In this document: piece after piece, positions 13,161 through 26,034 of the stretch | How positions within the stretch are numbered: position 1 is the stretch's first letter | How the letters are laid out: every line of letters begins with the position of its first letter | NCBI RefSeq assembly: GCF_018977255.1 | Contig: NW_024704742.1 | Coordinates: forward strand, 6,078,001 to 6,142,000 | Direction of reading: 5' to 3' | From: Callorhinchus milii | Taxonomy: Eukaryota | DNA: 64,000 bases | Notes under the pieces: model-generated | What the model was told of the DNA's origin: nothing | The model's input: only the letters and a program-made list of their open reading frames with translations | Databases searched by the model: none | Translations under genes and position numbers: made by a program

Positions 13161-13849
13161 CTAGCCAAACAGTTTCTTTTTTAAGTATGTTTTTGTTAAA
13201 AATATTAATTATAAAATTGATGGACAAATTCAAAATTCAAATCAAAAATTCACCTATGACAGGTATTACCGAGGAACACAAATCAATTCCAAATTAAAAA
13301 TATTGAATCAGATGGGAACACATATTCTTTCATCTCACCAATTTAAATTGACATTACTGTGGAAGAGAGAGAGAGAAAAGTCTGTTTAACTCCATGCAAC
13401 GCGGTGTGTGTGCAAATTACGTCAAAAGTACTTTGTTATGGAATTTATCCCATTGTTTGCAAAAAATTATATTCTTTCAAGGTTAATATTTCCGAATTGC
13501 AGTCTAAAATTGGACCAGTAAAATGATATTCCATTTGTATACGTTCACAGTGATCTTGGAATTATCTTGCTAAAAGTGTTCTTAATGTTATCCACTGCAG
13601 CCCAGAAAGGATTGAAACATTCTGAAAGAACAATTACTGGCTCTCTTTACGTGTAACACTCAAGCAGACAAACAAATTATTGTCCAAAGAGAAATAAATC
13701 TGCACCACTTTTAGGGATCGTGGAAAAATTTGTGTATCGTGATGGAATGACACTAAGATAAATGTTTTCAGGAATGCAGCTACCTTCGCTATAAATCTTT
13801 CTGCTATCTGTTGGAAAACCATTAAAACCTGTTGTCAGCGACGTTCACT

Positions 13850-14010
13850 TAGTAGCACTCTTTCTTCCAGGTCAGAAGGTTGTGGATTCAAGCCCCACAC
13901 TAGAAATTGAGCTCACAATCCAGGCTGATATCCCAGTGCTGTAATGGAGGAAGTGCTTTATGGTTGGAGAATCTGTCCTTCAGATGAGATATTAATCCAA
14001 GGATCTGTTT
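13850..14010 (+). mobile_element. Deu-domain SINE, 5' part
   Basis: tagtagcactc..gtcagaaggttgtggattcaagcccc..ccaggctga..cttcagatgagatatt. Confidence 0.7.
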
Positions 14011-14084
14011 GCCTAGATACAGTCACTGAAATTAGTGACAGTTATTGGTGAAGCATTTTTGGATGATTTGATGTTGGAGGCACC

Positions 14085-14650
14085 ACAATAACAACAAACA
14101 ACAAATTGCATTTGTATAGCGCCTTTCGTATTGGGAGAGCGTTCAAAGAGGACAGTCTTGAGATGGACATCGAAGGAGGCAAAGGATTGGATGAGGTGAA
14201 GAGACTCCAGGAGCGAGCCCCAGAGAGCGGGGGTCAGATAGGTTGAAGGCCTGACTGTCGATGGTGGGGCGGGCAGGGCGGGGGATGTGAAGCAGGCCTG
14301 TGTCTGCCTGGCAGAGGGACCGCAGTTTGGTAGGGCTTTAAGAGGTGGCTGAGGTAGTGTGGGGTAAGACATGGAGTGAGGACGAGAATCCTGAACTCAA
14401 TCATCTGGGGATGGGGAGCCGGTGTGGTTAAGTGACAATAAGCTCACAGAGCCTAGTCGGGAGAGGACATGAGCTGCAGAGGTCTGGATAGTCTGCAGCT
14501 TGTGGAGGAAGAATTGGGAAGTCCAGTTAGCAGAAAGTTGGCAGAGTTTAGTCTGGATGTGATGAAATCATGGATAAGGGTCTCAGCCGCCAAGTAAAGG
14601 TGGAGGCAGGAAATGTTGCTGAGGTGGTTGAAAGCTGAACCTGTCAGAGC
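14085..14650 (-). mobile_element. L2 LINE 3' fragment
   Basis: Minus translation AAETLIHDFITSRLNSANFLLTGLP and FASFDVHLKTVLFE, typical of L2 ORF2. Confidence 0.85.
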
Positions 14651-14689
14651 ACGCATGTGGGCTCCTAAGTATTGCTTCCTAATATATCC

Positions 14690-15115
14690 GTCTGGTTCAG
14701 ATGGTAGCACTCTTGCTTCTGAGTCAAAAGGTTGTGGGTTCCAAGCCCACGTAGTCTAAGCTGACACTTCAGTAGAGTTATGGGGGGAGGGGGGAGTTGC
14801 ATTGTCAGAGATGCCGTCCTTTGGATGAGACATTAAACTGAATGTCTCGTCTGCCTGTTCAGATGGATGTGAAAGATCCCAGGGCACTATTCGAAAAGAG
14901 AAGGAAGTTTCTCTTGTGTCCTGGTCAACAATCCCCCCAAATAAAATTGGCCATTCAGTTCAAGGTTGTTTGTGGGACATTTCTGGGCACAATTGGGCTG
15001 CTGCATGTACAAACACACCGTCACTCCAGTTCACAGTAAAACCTATGAAGCTCTTTTGGACGTATTACTGACACAAAAGGTGCTATATCAAATGCAAGGA
15101 TTATTTTTATTATTA
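14690..15115 (+). mobile_element. Deu-domain SINE
   Basis: Head, Deu core gatgccgtcctttggatgagacattaaac..aaagatcccagggcactattcg, and the shared tail. Confidence 0.8.
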
Positions 15116-17009
15116 TGTTTTTACATGTTCTTCTTACTCCACGCATCTTAATTGTGTTCAAATTAGGACTCGTCACTCTGTGATACCGTAACTCATTTTT
15201 TTCTGGGGACCTCAGAATTGTGCAAATACTTACCCACCTCAGCTTTGTTTGTGTTTGAAGCTAGGACTCTTTTAGAGGAAATGAAGTACTGAGAAGGGTT
15301 AAGCAATGCATAAAGGATGTGGTGTGTATAGCATATACTTGCAAACTTCGGTACCGAGGGCGTGTGAACCACATGAACAAGATCTCCACGTATGCAGGTA
15401 TACATATGTGCAGCTAAAAGCTCGACAGGTTACCAATGGAAACAATAGATTGGTGTGCCAAAAGGAAGAGGCTAGAGGCCCTAGTTTGGGTAGTACACAA
15501 CACATACTAGCATTTAGCTATACAACAGACGTTAACTCAGTTTCGTGTAGGTCCCGTAAGCGCTCTAGTGGTTTATCTTCTTTTTCCTAAAAAAATACAT
15601 GTGATATATGCCCAAATATAGGGTTGATAATTAGCACATTACTGAAAATTGCAGTCAGGTCAATAATGCCCTGGAGAGATTGCCTGTTCTATTCCAGACA
15701 CAGGGAAGATTCTGTGTGTAGACGGCATACATATGCGAAACACTCAGCCTGGTTTGAAGACTTAAGGATGGTGATGAGTTTCAGACACTCAACTGATCAA
15801 TTTTTTAAAAAAAAGACCAATGGACTAATATTGCACTGGCTGCAGTCTAATACTAATGCCTGAAAATAATAATAATAATTCTTACATTTGATATAGTGCC
15901 TTTCACGTCGGAGGACACCTCAAAACACTTCACAGGATTTACTTTAAAGTGTAGCGACTGTGTATGAATACGACAGTCAATTTGCGCAGAGCAAAATCCC
16001 ACAGATGGCCACAAAGCGAAACATAAGTGAAACATGTGTAGATAATAATAATAATCCTTGCATTTGATATAGTGCCTTATCACGTATGCGAAACGTCTCA
16101 AAAATGTTAAGTAAAGCCATGTTTAGGTGGTAATAACCTGCCCAATAATCAATCGCTGTACAGATAATTACATGAAGAGTGACTACTTGGGAAAGTTAAC
16201 AGAGGGCATAAGTGTAACTAGACCCCTTCATGAATCACCACCTTCTGTCAAAATAGCCCTGTAATTTTGCTTTGAAATATTTGAAACTCTTAAGTATCTT
16301 TTGTTTGTGTGCAATCTATTTTCCTTACTGCATGGAACAATGTTCGAACTAACCAAGACCAAACCCACCAAAGATGCTTTGTTACAGCTTTTTCTGCGAC
16401 AGATTTCCGTCGGCTGACTGCCTAACGTGACAAAAGATATAGAAATGTAATTATAAACGGAATAAATCCTAATTACACGTTCATCTTTTCAATTATTATG
16501 TCCGGTTAAAAGGGTTTGCCGTGGCTGAGTTTGTTATATTTTTGCTGTACAATTTCTGTGGCACTATCAGAATTCTGGGTACGAATTTCAACCAAATCTT
16601 TCCATTCAAATAAGACCAAGGTATAGAGAAGCTGCTTTAACTAAGCACCCTTTGATTTAAATGAGTACCTGCATACAGACAAAACGTGCTTTGATGATTG
16701 CAAGGAAGAATACTGCTGGACTGTGGAAAATAAGCTCGATGCACTATTCTTTCATTGAATGTCCAATTATTTCACTGTTTGAAATATGAGAAAGAGAAAT
16801 CAAAGGAACAGGATTCAGTAATGCTTTCAGTGGTAGAATGACTAATATTACAGCTCTACCTCGGAATAAGCTGTCAATTACTACTAAGCTTTAATGGGCT
16901 GAATCAGCTTTCCACTTACCATATTTTCTTATATACAGTATTTTTTTCTCTTTGTCAATATTTCTCCAATTCTCTCCCCTCCTCTGCTGCACTGATTTTT
17001 TCCGCTCTC

Positions 17010-17500
17010 AGCCCGGTTCAGTTGGCAGCGCTCACGCCTCTAAGACAGAAGATTGTAGGTTAAAGGCCTACGTTGTTGACTTTGAACTCACAAAGTCGAG
17101 GCTGACGCTCCAATGCAGCGCTGGGGAAGTACAGCATTGTCTGAGGTGCCGTGTTTGGGATGAGATATGAAACGGAGGTCCTGCCTATTCAGGTGAACAT
17201 TAAAGATCCCATAGATCTTTCCTATTCGGAAAGGGAAGGGAGTTTCTCCTGGTATCCTGGCAAAAAAATCCTCTGATAACATTAATCAGTCGAATCATTG
17301 TTGTACGTGGATTTTTTCGTACACAAATTGGCTGCTGCGCTTTCGTTCCTTCTCCTTTTGAATAATACCATGGGATTTGTGACATATTGCTTTAATTACT
17401 TAATTGGCCCAGATTGTGAGCTCAAATCCCTATATTGAGCTTGAACCTATAACCTTCTGACTCAGAGGCAAGGGTGGTACCAACTGAGCCAGGCTGACAC
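17010..17500. mobile_element. Two Deu-SINE pieces in opposite orientation (17010-17340 +; head 17405-17500 -)
   Basis: Plus strand: gaggtgccgtgtttgggatgagatatgaaacggaggtcctg. Minus-strand head appears as aaccttctgactcagaggc..ccaactgagccaggctgac. Confidence 0.75.
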
Positions 17501-17879
17501 CCATATAATGTCTGTCAGTGCTACACAAATCTTCTACCTTGTCTCTCTAAATACCTTGGGGGTACAGCCTATCTATCTCCAGACAATTTGTTGGTTTTCA
17601 GCCCCGAGAGGCTAGTTAGGACCTCAGCCTCACTTATGTCAAAGTCATTTTTAGTGTCCTCCTCTGGAAAAAAAAACCTAATTTAATAATAGCCATTTAA
17701 TATGTTTGTTATCTCCTTTTTGCTTTCTTGTTCAACCACATTTGAACCCCATAGGGTTTCAAAGTCTTCCCCGACTATCCTCTTATTGTTATAATATTGA
17801 AATGATTGTTGGTGTTTCGATTTGCATTTGGCTTCCATGTCCCTTTCCGTTTCTCTCTTGTGGCTTTCGCTGGTGAATT

Positions 17880-18100
17880 CAAGCAGTTACCCCAATGCAC
17901 ACACACTTTGGGGTCTTTGCCAAGCCTTGGCTCTTGCCAACCTATGCCTAATACTCTCTAGAGTGTGCACCCTCTGAGAAGAGAGTGTACATTCCATCCA
18001 AACACCATGTGTAGGTGACTTACAGACGAGGAACTCTCTGGTTTGGATACTCTTAAGCTTGGAGAATGGTTTCCGCTAATGTCAGACACTCGGCTAACCA
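17880..18100. repeat. Unclassified old interspersed repeat, copy 1
   Basis: Colinear similarity to 37425-37652 (cagttaccccaa.gcacac; ccaacct..gcctaatact; tggatactcttaagc; tcagacactcggct.acc). Confidence 0.75.
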
Positions 18101-19729
18101 AAAAAATATATATTTCTGTAAAATAATACAATAATACTAAGCAGAGTAGTCCACCTGATGCTGTGCCATATTTTTCATGTGAGCAGCTGTACATTTCTCT
18201 CTCCCTGTGTCCTGGCTTCATCTCAGGCTGCCTGTTCGGGCACTGACAGACAAGATAGGCTTGTCTTGTCACACACACACACATGACCTGTAGCGAGATA
18301 GTTCAGTAATGTGCTGGATGGAGCAAAGAATAACAAAATCAAAAGCATATTGAAAAATAAACCAGCGCAGTTTGATGTGAAGAGAAAACAGCGCATTTGG
18401 GTTCTTTAAAAGAAATATATTTTTTAAACCCAGAAAAGCCCTTCGAATCTCAGAGGATGAATATATCAAGTGAGCAGTGCCAGTGACACAAGATTTTCCA
18501 AAGATTTTCTCTGCCCTCAGCATGGCATCCCATTTTCCATTAGCTAAGCACGAGGACAAGAATAGCTGACACACCAAGGAAGAACTGCTGCAGGCAGAAA
18601 GATAGTATAAAATAGCTCAACAATAGCTCAAGCTTTGTTGTTAGCTTCACGTTAACAATGATTGACAATTCCCCCGCCCGCAACCCCTAAACCCCCACCC
18701 AGTTCCAGTTCCTAAACCTTAGCAGTGGAGTAAGTTTTAGGGAGTCTATTTCCTGGACGTGTTCCAAAGCTGACTGTAAAACAAAGATATAAAACGATTG
18801 TTTTTTTTTTAACATATAGATTTGCTTCCATCGAATTTCCTGCCCCTTGAACACTGCCACATCTGACACCACGTGGACAGGACACTCGATCTCTTGCTTG
18901 TGGTCCTCGCAGTGCTTGTGAGCAGCATTGTTCGGTGAGGTGGCACATGAGACAGACATCGGAGAGCCCTCTACACTGACACGTACCCAGGGAGTGACAT
19001 CTCGTTCGTGTGAGGGGCGCAACATAAAGAAAACCTAACAAAGACCTGACAAGTGAATTGCGGGAGCTCTGCCATTTCCTGAATCTCAGCCTTGCAATGT
19101 GCAGTCTATTGCCTTTCCACATGCGAGTGAGCCTGCCACCACTTAGCAAACAAGCAGACGCACTGAATTCACCCATCGTTGAACCCTTGTTCTGCTGTCT
19201 TCCCGGTGCGTCCTCAAGTGTAGTTCTGGGTTTACTTTTTTCAATCCCTTTTGAAATGTTATGCGCATCTGTAAATGTATATTTCTAAATGGAATCTAAA
19301 GTTGAGAAGATGATCGATTTGCGAAGGGACACTGAAGTAATTTGTTTGCAGCGAAAGTTAAGATGAATCTGTACAGACTGAACAGACCGTGTTTAATAGC
19401 GAATGTCAATGTTCGTGATGTACTGATAGACCCAAGGATCGGACTTGGAGGAATTGTTGAGGGGGTTGGGAGTGAGGGAGCTTGTCCATAGTTGTACAAT
19501 CGCTGCATATGTTTCAATTTATGGACACTCATAAAGTTGTTCTCAGTTCAGCCACACTGTCAGACTCACGTCAATTCTCTTGCTGATGTCAGCACCACTG
19601 TCTGGAGACTCTTATGATGTTATTGATGATTTCACACTGGCCTCCAGTGACCAACTGCTGATGTAAAAGCCTCCGAGCTGATGAGGGAGTTTGGCAGGAG
19701 TTAACGTAAGATCATTTTACGGAGTTCTT

Positions 19730-19985
19730 ATGGGATTCAGCATCTCTACCCCTACCCTTCGGAGCTCCATCCCACAGTCCCAACCTCGTCTCCTTCAAAG
19801 TATGTCTCAAGACCCTCCTCTTCGCCCGTGCCTTCTGCCATCCTCCTTCCCCTACCCTCCCTGTCTCCCACTCCCTCTGATCCCAAACCCCTGCTCGGGT
19901 CCAAACCCTTGACTGTCCAGCGCCTTGGGACGTCCTCCCGATGTGAAAGGCGCTGTACAAATGTAATTTGTTGTTGTTATTGTTG
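19730..19985 (+). mobile_element. L2 LINE 3' end
   Basis: tccttcaaag..tctcaagaccctcctcttc, followed by the shared tail and (GTT)n. Confidence 0.8.
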
Positions 19986-21193
19986 ATTCCCTAAACTTAC
20001 CAAGCAAAAAAGAAGCTTTTATTGCACACTTTATAGTGGGAAATTGCATTACAACCAATATTTGCTACCGTGATGAACAGTGCATGATTACCCCACTGCC
20101 TCAATAAAAACATTGTAAATCGGCAGAAATGCAATAGTGCACTGAAAAGAATAACAGTATAAAAATGATAACAAGCCAGAGATTCTATATACTGTTTTCC
20201 AGATGTGGAGCTCACTTTTTAAAGAACGACTCCCTCAAACCAAATCAAATTACAAGGTCAAAAATGTTCAAATGCAAGTTTCAATATATGATCATTTAAG
20301 ATTAAACCAGTTCCTGACTTGTTCATATCAAAATAATGTTAATCAAGTCACTATGTGAATAAGGTTTTAATGGCAGTAAATCAAAGGCTGATTCTCAAAA
20401 GCCTTGCAACTGTACGGGGTTACTGCCAAAAATATTTGTTCCGCAAATGGTCCCAGAACAGTTGCGGCAGTGGCTGGTTATTTTGTTAGTGTTTGTAAAG
20501 TTGTGTCTGTTTTGTTATGATGGGGTTTGCAGGTATCATTACATCTGCAGTGAGACCCTGATCTGAAGTATGTCGTTAGGGTGGGCTCTGAAAAGCAAAG
20601 TGGGTGGGAGTGGGTATTTCCGTGTTAATAAGCAACCCACCCTCTTTGTCATCGAAGAGAGACCCCTCTAAGGGTCACTTTCACTTTCTTTGTCAGCAAA
20701 CAGCGTGCAGCAAGATGGGGGAAAATATATATATGTCGTGGATTTTTCTATGAGAAACGCAAAGCAGAAAATTTGTCTATTTTACAAACACAAAACCATA
20801 TATCTTAATAAGAATAAAAGAGAAGGGAGTTTTTCCCAGTGCTCTCACGAACATTCCCCCAAATAAAACTGGTTACTCACTACGTGGCCGTTTTGTAAGA
20901 CTTGACTGTGATGTGTGCAAATTAGCTGTCGTGTCTGGCTACAAAATACAGAGTTACTACACTTCCCAATATATCCTGTGAGGAGCTTTGAGATGTCTTT
21001 CTGACATAACAGGTGCTTTATCATTTAATATGTCTCCTATAACATCAAGGATGTTTTAAAATAATAACAATAAACTTGCATTTGGTTGCCCACAAAATAC
21101 ACAGTCACGACACTTTACAGTATATCCCGTGAAAGCGCTTTGAGACATCTCGCGACGTGATAAGGCACTATATCAAATGCAGGGATTGTTATC

Positions 21194-21345
21194 AAAACAC
21201 AAAATACTGCAGACGCTAGAAATCTGAAAACAAAAACTGAAATCACTGGGAACACTCAGCGAACCAAAACATTGACTCACTTTCCTTTCTCCATAGATGC
21301 TGCCTGACCTGCTGAATGTTCCCAGCGACTTCTGTTTTTGTTTTT
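21194..21345. mobile_element. Penelope-like element relic with inverted terminal copies
   Basis: 21194-21260 is the reverse complement of the pLTR-like sequence at 59470-59535. The right part (tttctccatagatgctgcctgacctgctga.tgttcccagcgacttctg) matches 59440-59500 directly. Confidence 0.75.
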
Positions 21346-21714
21346 CTTGCAAGGATTATTATTATTACTGTTATAGCAAACTGAATTGCTGCTTAGCCAT
21401 TCCCTCCTTGCCCCATGATCCAAGTCCACCTCTATCCTCTATTGCTTGACCTACTGAGATACCTGGGATGTTGGAATACTTACCTAGGGGTGAATTGTCT
21501 CATAGACGACTCATCATCACATCCCCCAACCAGGGCAAATCTCCAGCTTCTTGCAGTCAAAGTAAATATTCAAATACTTTTTTATTAAACAAAAATTGCC
21601 TTTAAATTGTATTTGGATACCTAGCGTGGTGGTTAGCGAGCTCGCCTCCCATGTGAGAGGAAACTGGGTTCGACTGCCTGGCAGGGTGAAACGTTAGGCA
21701 AGTTTCCTTGCACT

Positions 21715-22370
21715 TGCATTTATATTGTCCTTCATGGGAGTAGCGTCTCGGAGCAATTAACAGAACTTGACGATGAGCTGAAACGAGGGGAGATGACTGA
21801 AGGCCCAGTCAAAAAGGAAAGTGTGAGGGCAAGATGGAAGGAGTTCCAGATATTCGGGGCGTAGTGGCTGAAAGCACGGCTATCAACGGTTTAACGAAGG
21901 GGACAAGGCATGTGCAGATGACCCAAGTCAGCTGAGTGAAAGCGACAGGTAGTGGAGTGGGGTTGAGCAGATCAGAGAGATAGGGAGGTCGGGGGCGTGA
22001 AAGTCAATAAGGATCTTGAAATCGATTTGTTCTGCAACAGAAAGCCAGTGGAGCCTGGCAAGAGCTGTGACAGTGGTGGTGTGGAGCCTGGTCTCGGTGA
22101 GCTGGGGTGTCCGTCGAGGAGAGCATTGGAAAAATCGAGGTGGGAGGTGACCAAAAATGTCAATGAGGATTTCAACAGCATTTGAAGTAAGGGAAGGTCG
22201 AGGATGCTCGGTGTGACAGAGATGGAGGAAAGTGGTCCTGGTCAGCGACTGGATGTGGGGTCGGGAGGATAACTGGTGATGAAACCTGACCCCAAGCTGA
22301 TGTGCAGGTTTGGTGTGTCTGAGGGATAGGCAGGTAAAGTTAAAGAGTTCAGAACCAAAGGTGAGAAGAT
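21715..22370 (-). mobile_element. L2 LINE fragment
   Basis: Minus translation LVTSHLDFSNALL; typical L2 composition and tail. Confidence 0.75.
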
Positions 22371-22394
22371 GTTAACTAGTAGGAACTATGCTGT

Positions 22395-22655
22395 GCGGAG
22401 TGTTATTTAGCGAGTAATTTTATGTTGTATATAGTAATTTACTAGTCATTTTCTCATTATACATAGTGTTATTGAACTGGCACTTCTTATTCTGTGTATG
22501 GCATTTAACTAGGACTTTTTACATTGTCTATGGTGTTAACTAGTATTTTTACACTGACTATAGTGTTATATAACCAGTACTTTTACACGATACGCAGTGT
22601 TGTTTACCTAGTAATTTAATGTTGTATATAGTGTTATTAAGTAGTAATTTAATGA
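22395..22655. repeat. Degenerate ~33-bp minisatellite (~8 units)
   Basis: Recurrent (ta)tagtgttatt.aactagta.ttt.a.a.tg unit. Confidence 0.7.
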
Positions 22656-22712
22656 ATGCACATTATCTGCTATTTTAAATCAACGTTACCCCCTCATTCT
22701 CTCCCTAAGTAA

Positions 22713-22808
22713 ACATTTTGCCGTGTTGGTTGAGCAGCAAATGAAAGCCCCCAGGTTCGACAGGACCTGGGGGCTTTGATGCGCTGCTTAACAAGCATGG
22801 CAAAATGT
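22713..22808 (+). other. 96-nt near-perfect hairpin (pre-miRNA-like or MITE)
   Basis: acattttgccgtgttggttgagcagc pairs with gctgcttaacaagcatggcaaaatgt; aaagcccccaggt / acctgggggcttt is a perfect 13-bp stem. Confidence 0.6.
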
Positions 22809-22896
22809 GAAGGTTCCTTGTTAATATCACCTCCCACCCCGAGATGCTTTGAGATGTCTTGAAGAAGAGTGATAAGGTGCTATATCAAATGCAAGG

Positions 22897-22929
<33 letters not shown>

Positions 22930-24159
22930 GCATCCCAACATCAAACATGATTGAACTACTTGTTAATTTTGAAAAGGAGGCCGCCTTTTTCAAAAGCGTC
23001 TGTGTATTTGACTTGTTTGTGTTTCTATGCAGACGGAGATGAGACCCAACCAATCTGTACTGTTTAAAAAGCAAACCTGACTATCAGAGGCTCCCACCCA
23101 CCGCCAACAGATGTTCCACATTACGTTGTCTTTGAAGAGATTAACCCCCCCCTCCCGCTCCAAGTGCAACCCTTTTTGTACTTCAAATGCAACACTTTTT
23201 GTCTCTGAAACAAATGTTTAGTGACTGATACAGTAGCGTAAATATATAAACATTTTTATTACCCATCCTTGACACCTCCAACCTCACAAATTACAGACCC
23301 ATTTCCAGCCTGCCTTTCCTTGCCAAAGCTCCGGAACACATGGCTAAACACACGGTGTTTGATCCAGAGTTGTAATACAACAACAACAACTTGCATTTAT
23401 AAAGCGCCCCTCATAAAGGGTAACGTCCCAGAGACGTGGTGGGGAGTGGGGGGGGGGGTGTGACTGTAGGCACAGTCGAATAAGAAGGTCTTCAGTCTTC
23501 AGGTGAACCCGGAAGATCGGGAAGGAGGGGGCAAGGCGAAGGGAAAGAGGAAGAGTGTTTCAAAGTTTCAGGGCGGAGGGATAGAGGAAGAGGGTTCCAG
23601 GGTTTCCAGCAGTGTAAAGGGGTATGGCTCACAAATCGTGCCCCTTTCGCTGCTGGAAATAACAGTCCTGATATTGCCCTCAGCATCAAATTGCTGTGGG
23701 GTAGACAGACCAGATTTATACCGTCTGGCACAAGGAACAAGCAACGTGAAATCATTCTGTGGGATTTGTGTGTGCACGCACAGTAATTTGGTTAGCGATG
23801 AGCACAATAATCATGAAAAGATTTAAGACTGGCTCCTGAGTTGGATTTCAGGGTAGGAAGCAGAATATTATTTTAAAATTTATGACATAAAAGTGGAAGG
23901 GGTAAGAGATTTAGATTGGATTTGCGCCTCTCATATTTATTTTCCAATGGTGTGAATCACTTTCAAGGCTTGCCGTGTGGCTAGAAATACTAATCACTTT
24001 GTGTGACATTCCTTCAACAGAATCTCGATGGCGTTTTCAGCGTCAGCCAGGGTACCTGCTCCTTATTGCTATCTAGTGACCTGTGTTGAGAAGTCAGAAG
24101 TACGGACATCAGGTTAGAGCACGAATGAATTCTGATGCCCATCAGACTCAGAGAACAAC

Positions 24160-25160
24160 CTCAAAATTACATTTGTAAAGCGCCTTTCACGTCAGGAGGA
24201 TGTCCCAAGGTGTTGAACAGTCGGGAAATAGGACCCGAGCATTGGGGGAGGCAGGGTTGGGATGAGGAAGGGCGGCTGAAGGCACGTTCGAAAAGGAGGG
24301 TCTTGAATTGTACCTTGAAGGAGGCAAGGGAGGGAGCAAGGCGAAGGAATTGTTTCAAAGGGTTGGGGCAGAGAGGCTGAAAGCCTGGCCGCAGATGGTA
24401 GGGCAGGAGACATGGAGCAGTTCAAAGCCTGCTGAACAGAAGGAGTGGGCCAGTTGATAAAGGGTTAGAAGGTCAGAGAGGTAGGAGGGAGCAAGGCCAT
24501 GGAGGGTCTTGAAAGTGAAGACGAGGATTTTGAATTCTATCCTCTGAGGAATGCGGAGTCAGTGGAGCCAAGCAAAGGTGGGGGTGATGGGGTCACAGAG
24601 CCTGGTGGGTAGAGCGGGCAGGAGCTGCAGAGTTCTGGAGGGCCTGTAGCTTGTGTTGGGAAGAGTTGGGAAGGCCGACAAGGAGAGAGTTTCCGTAGTC
24701 GAGCCTTGCGGTGACGAATGCATGTATGAGGGTTTCGGAGGCCTGAGGGGTGAGGCAGTGGCGGAGTCGGGCAATGTTGCAGTGGTGGGGGAAGGCCGAG
24801 TGGGTCATGGCATGGATGTGGGGGAGAAAGGACAGTTGAAGGTTGAACAAGACGCCAATGTTTCTGACTGGCTTGGTGAGGTGCGGAGGTGCTGACGTGA
24901 GACAATCAAGAGGGCCTCGGTCTTGCCGCCATTCAGCTGTAGAAAGTTGTCTCTCATCCAGGACTTGATGTCAGACAGACAGTCTGTCAGGATGTCAGTT
25001 GTCCTAGAATCGAGGGTGCAGGCAGAGAGGTAGAGTTGGGTGTCATCCGTGTACATGTGGAAGTTGACCCCATGTGGATAATGTCAACCAGGAGGAGCAG
25101 GTAAAGGTTGAAGAGGAGGGGACAAGGACAGAGCCCTGAGGAACACCACACTAGACTGTG
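24160..25160 (-). mobile_element. L2 LINE, 3' ~1 kb including the RT C-terminal half (frameshifted)
   Basis: MYTDDTQLYLS..CLSDIKSWMRDNFLQLNGGKTE (YADD motif); NIARLRHCLTPQASETLIHAFVTARLDYGNSLLVGLP..LQALQNSAA; SLASFKVQFKTLLFERAF. Confidence 0.95.
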
Positions 25161-25610
25161 CGGGGGGCTGGAAGACAAAACCGCTGGCAGAGACAAATTG
25201 GAGACGGTGTGAGAGAGATAAGACCTGAACGATTCAAGGACAGAACCTTGAAGTTTGGCCTTCGAGAAGAAGATTGGCCACGTCTTCAGAGCAGCAGATG
25301 CCTGCTGGCTTCACCAAGGCCATATTCTGGCAGCGTTCAGCACCGTCGGGAGAGGCGGAGAGGAGACAGGATCAAGCTGGCACTCAAAACATGGCTTAGT
25401 GCATTGCCCCAAGTGTGGCAAAAATAAACTGTTTGCCGGTTGATTGAACGGAGCCGTGAAACCTTAACTGATGGCCCAGAAGAACGTGCATTCACCCGTT
25501 ACTTGGCAGATCAAGATCGGAAAATAAATACCTGACAAAAAAAAGAACCTTACGGCCCGATGCGGGGCCCAAAGTTTACAAAAGAAAAATCATCCGCCTT
25601 CGGGGGAAAA

Positions 25611-25672
25611 AAAATGGCGGACACTGGAACCCGAAATGGCAGAAACCATTTACCTGTGCTGCCACCTGGTGG
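25611..25672. promoter_or_regulatory. YY1 motif plus consensus CTCF core in a CpG-containing patch
   Basis: AAAATGGCGG at 25611-25620; CTGCCACCTGGTGG at 25659-25672 (reverse complement CCACCAGGTGGCAG). Confidence 0.55.
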
Positions 25673-26034
25673 GTGTTAGTTTACATTGGCACAGTGCAAG
25701 GAACACGGGAAACTTTACGCCCACTTAATCTGGTTATTGTAAGACTCGCTGCGAGTGCCATCACAATACACATGCTCAGCAGCTCTCCCCATTCATTTAA
25801 ATACGCCTTGTGTGCAAGCGTAAGGTAGTAGATCCTCCAAAATAAAGTACCTTTTGTGCCTGCGTGCTTTCCAAAGCAAACGCCCAAAGGTATTTACGGA
25901 GGTGAACAGCGATCACACAAGGGTTTTAATTTTGAGCAATTTATTCCATTAACCCAATGACCCTTCAATCTGGTGCTCTCACAAGCCGAGGCTTGATTGC
26001 GTCGGGAGCATATCATCACTCTCAGTTTTTTGGT

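Noticed and set aside
18687..19176. Overlapping 112- and 154-aa minus-strand ORFs
   Set aside because: No homology recognised and no consistent splice signals.
25336..25355. RE1/REST-like TTCAGCACC..GGGAGAG
   Set aside because: Non-canonical spacer and degenerate right half-site.
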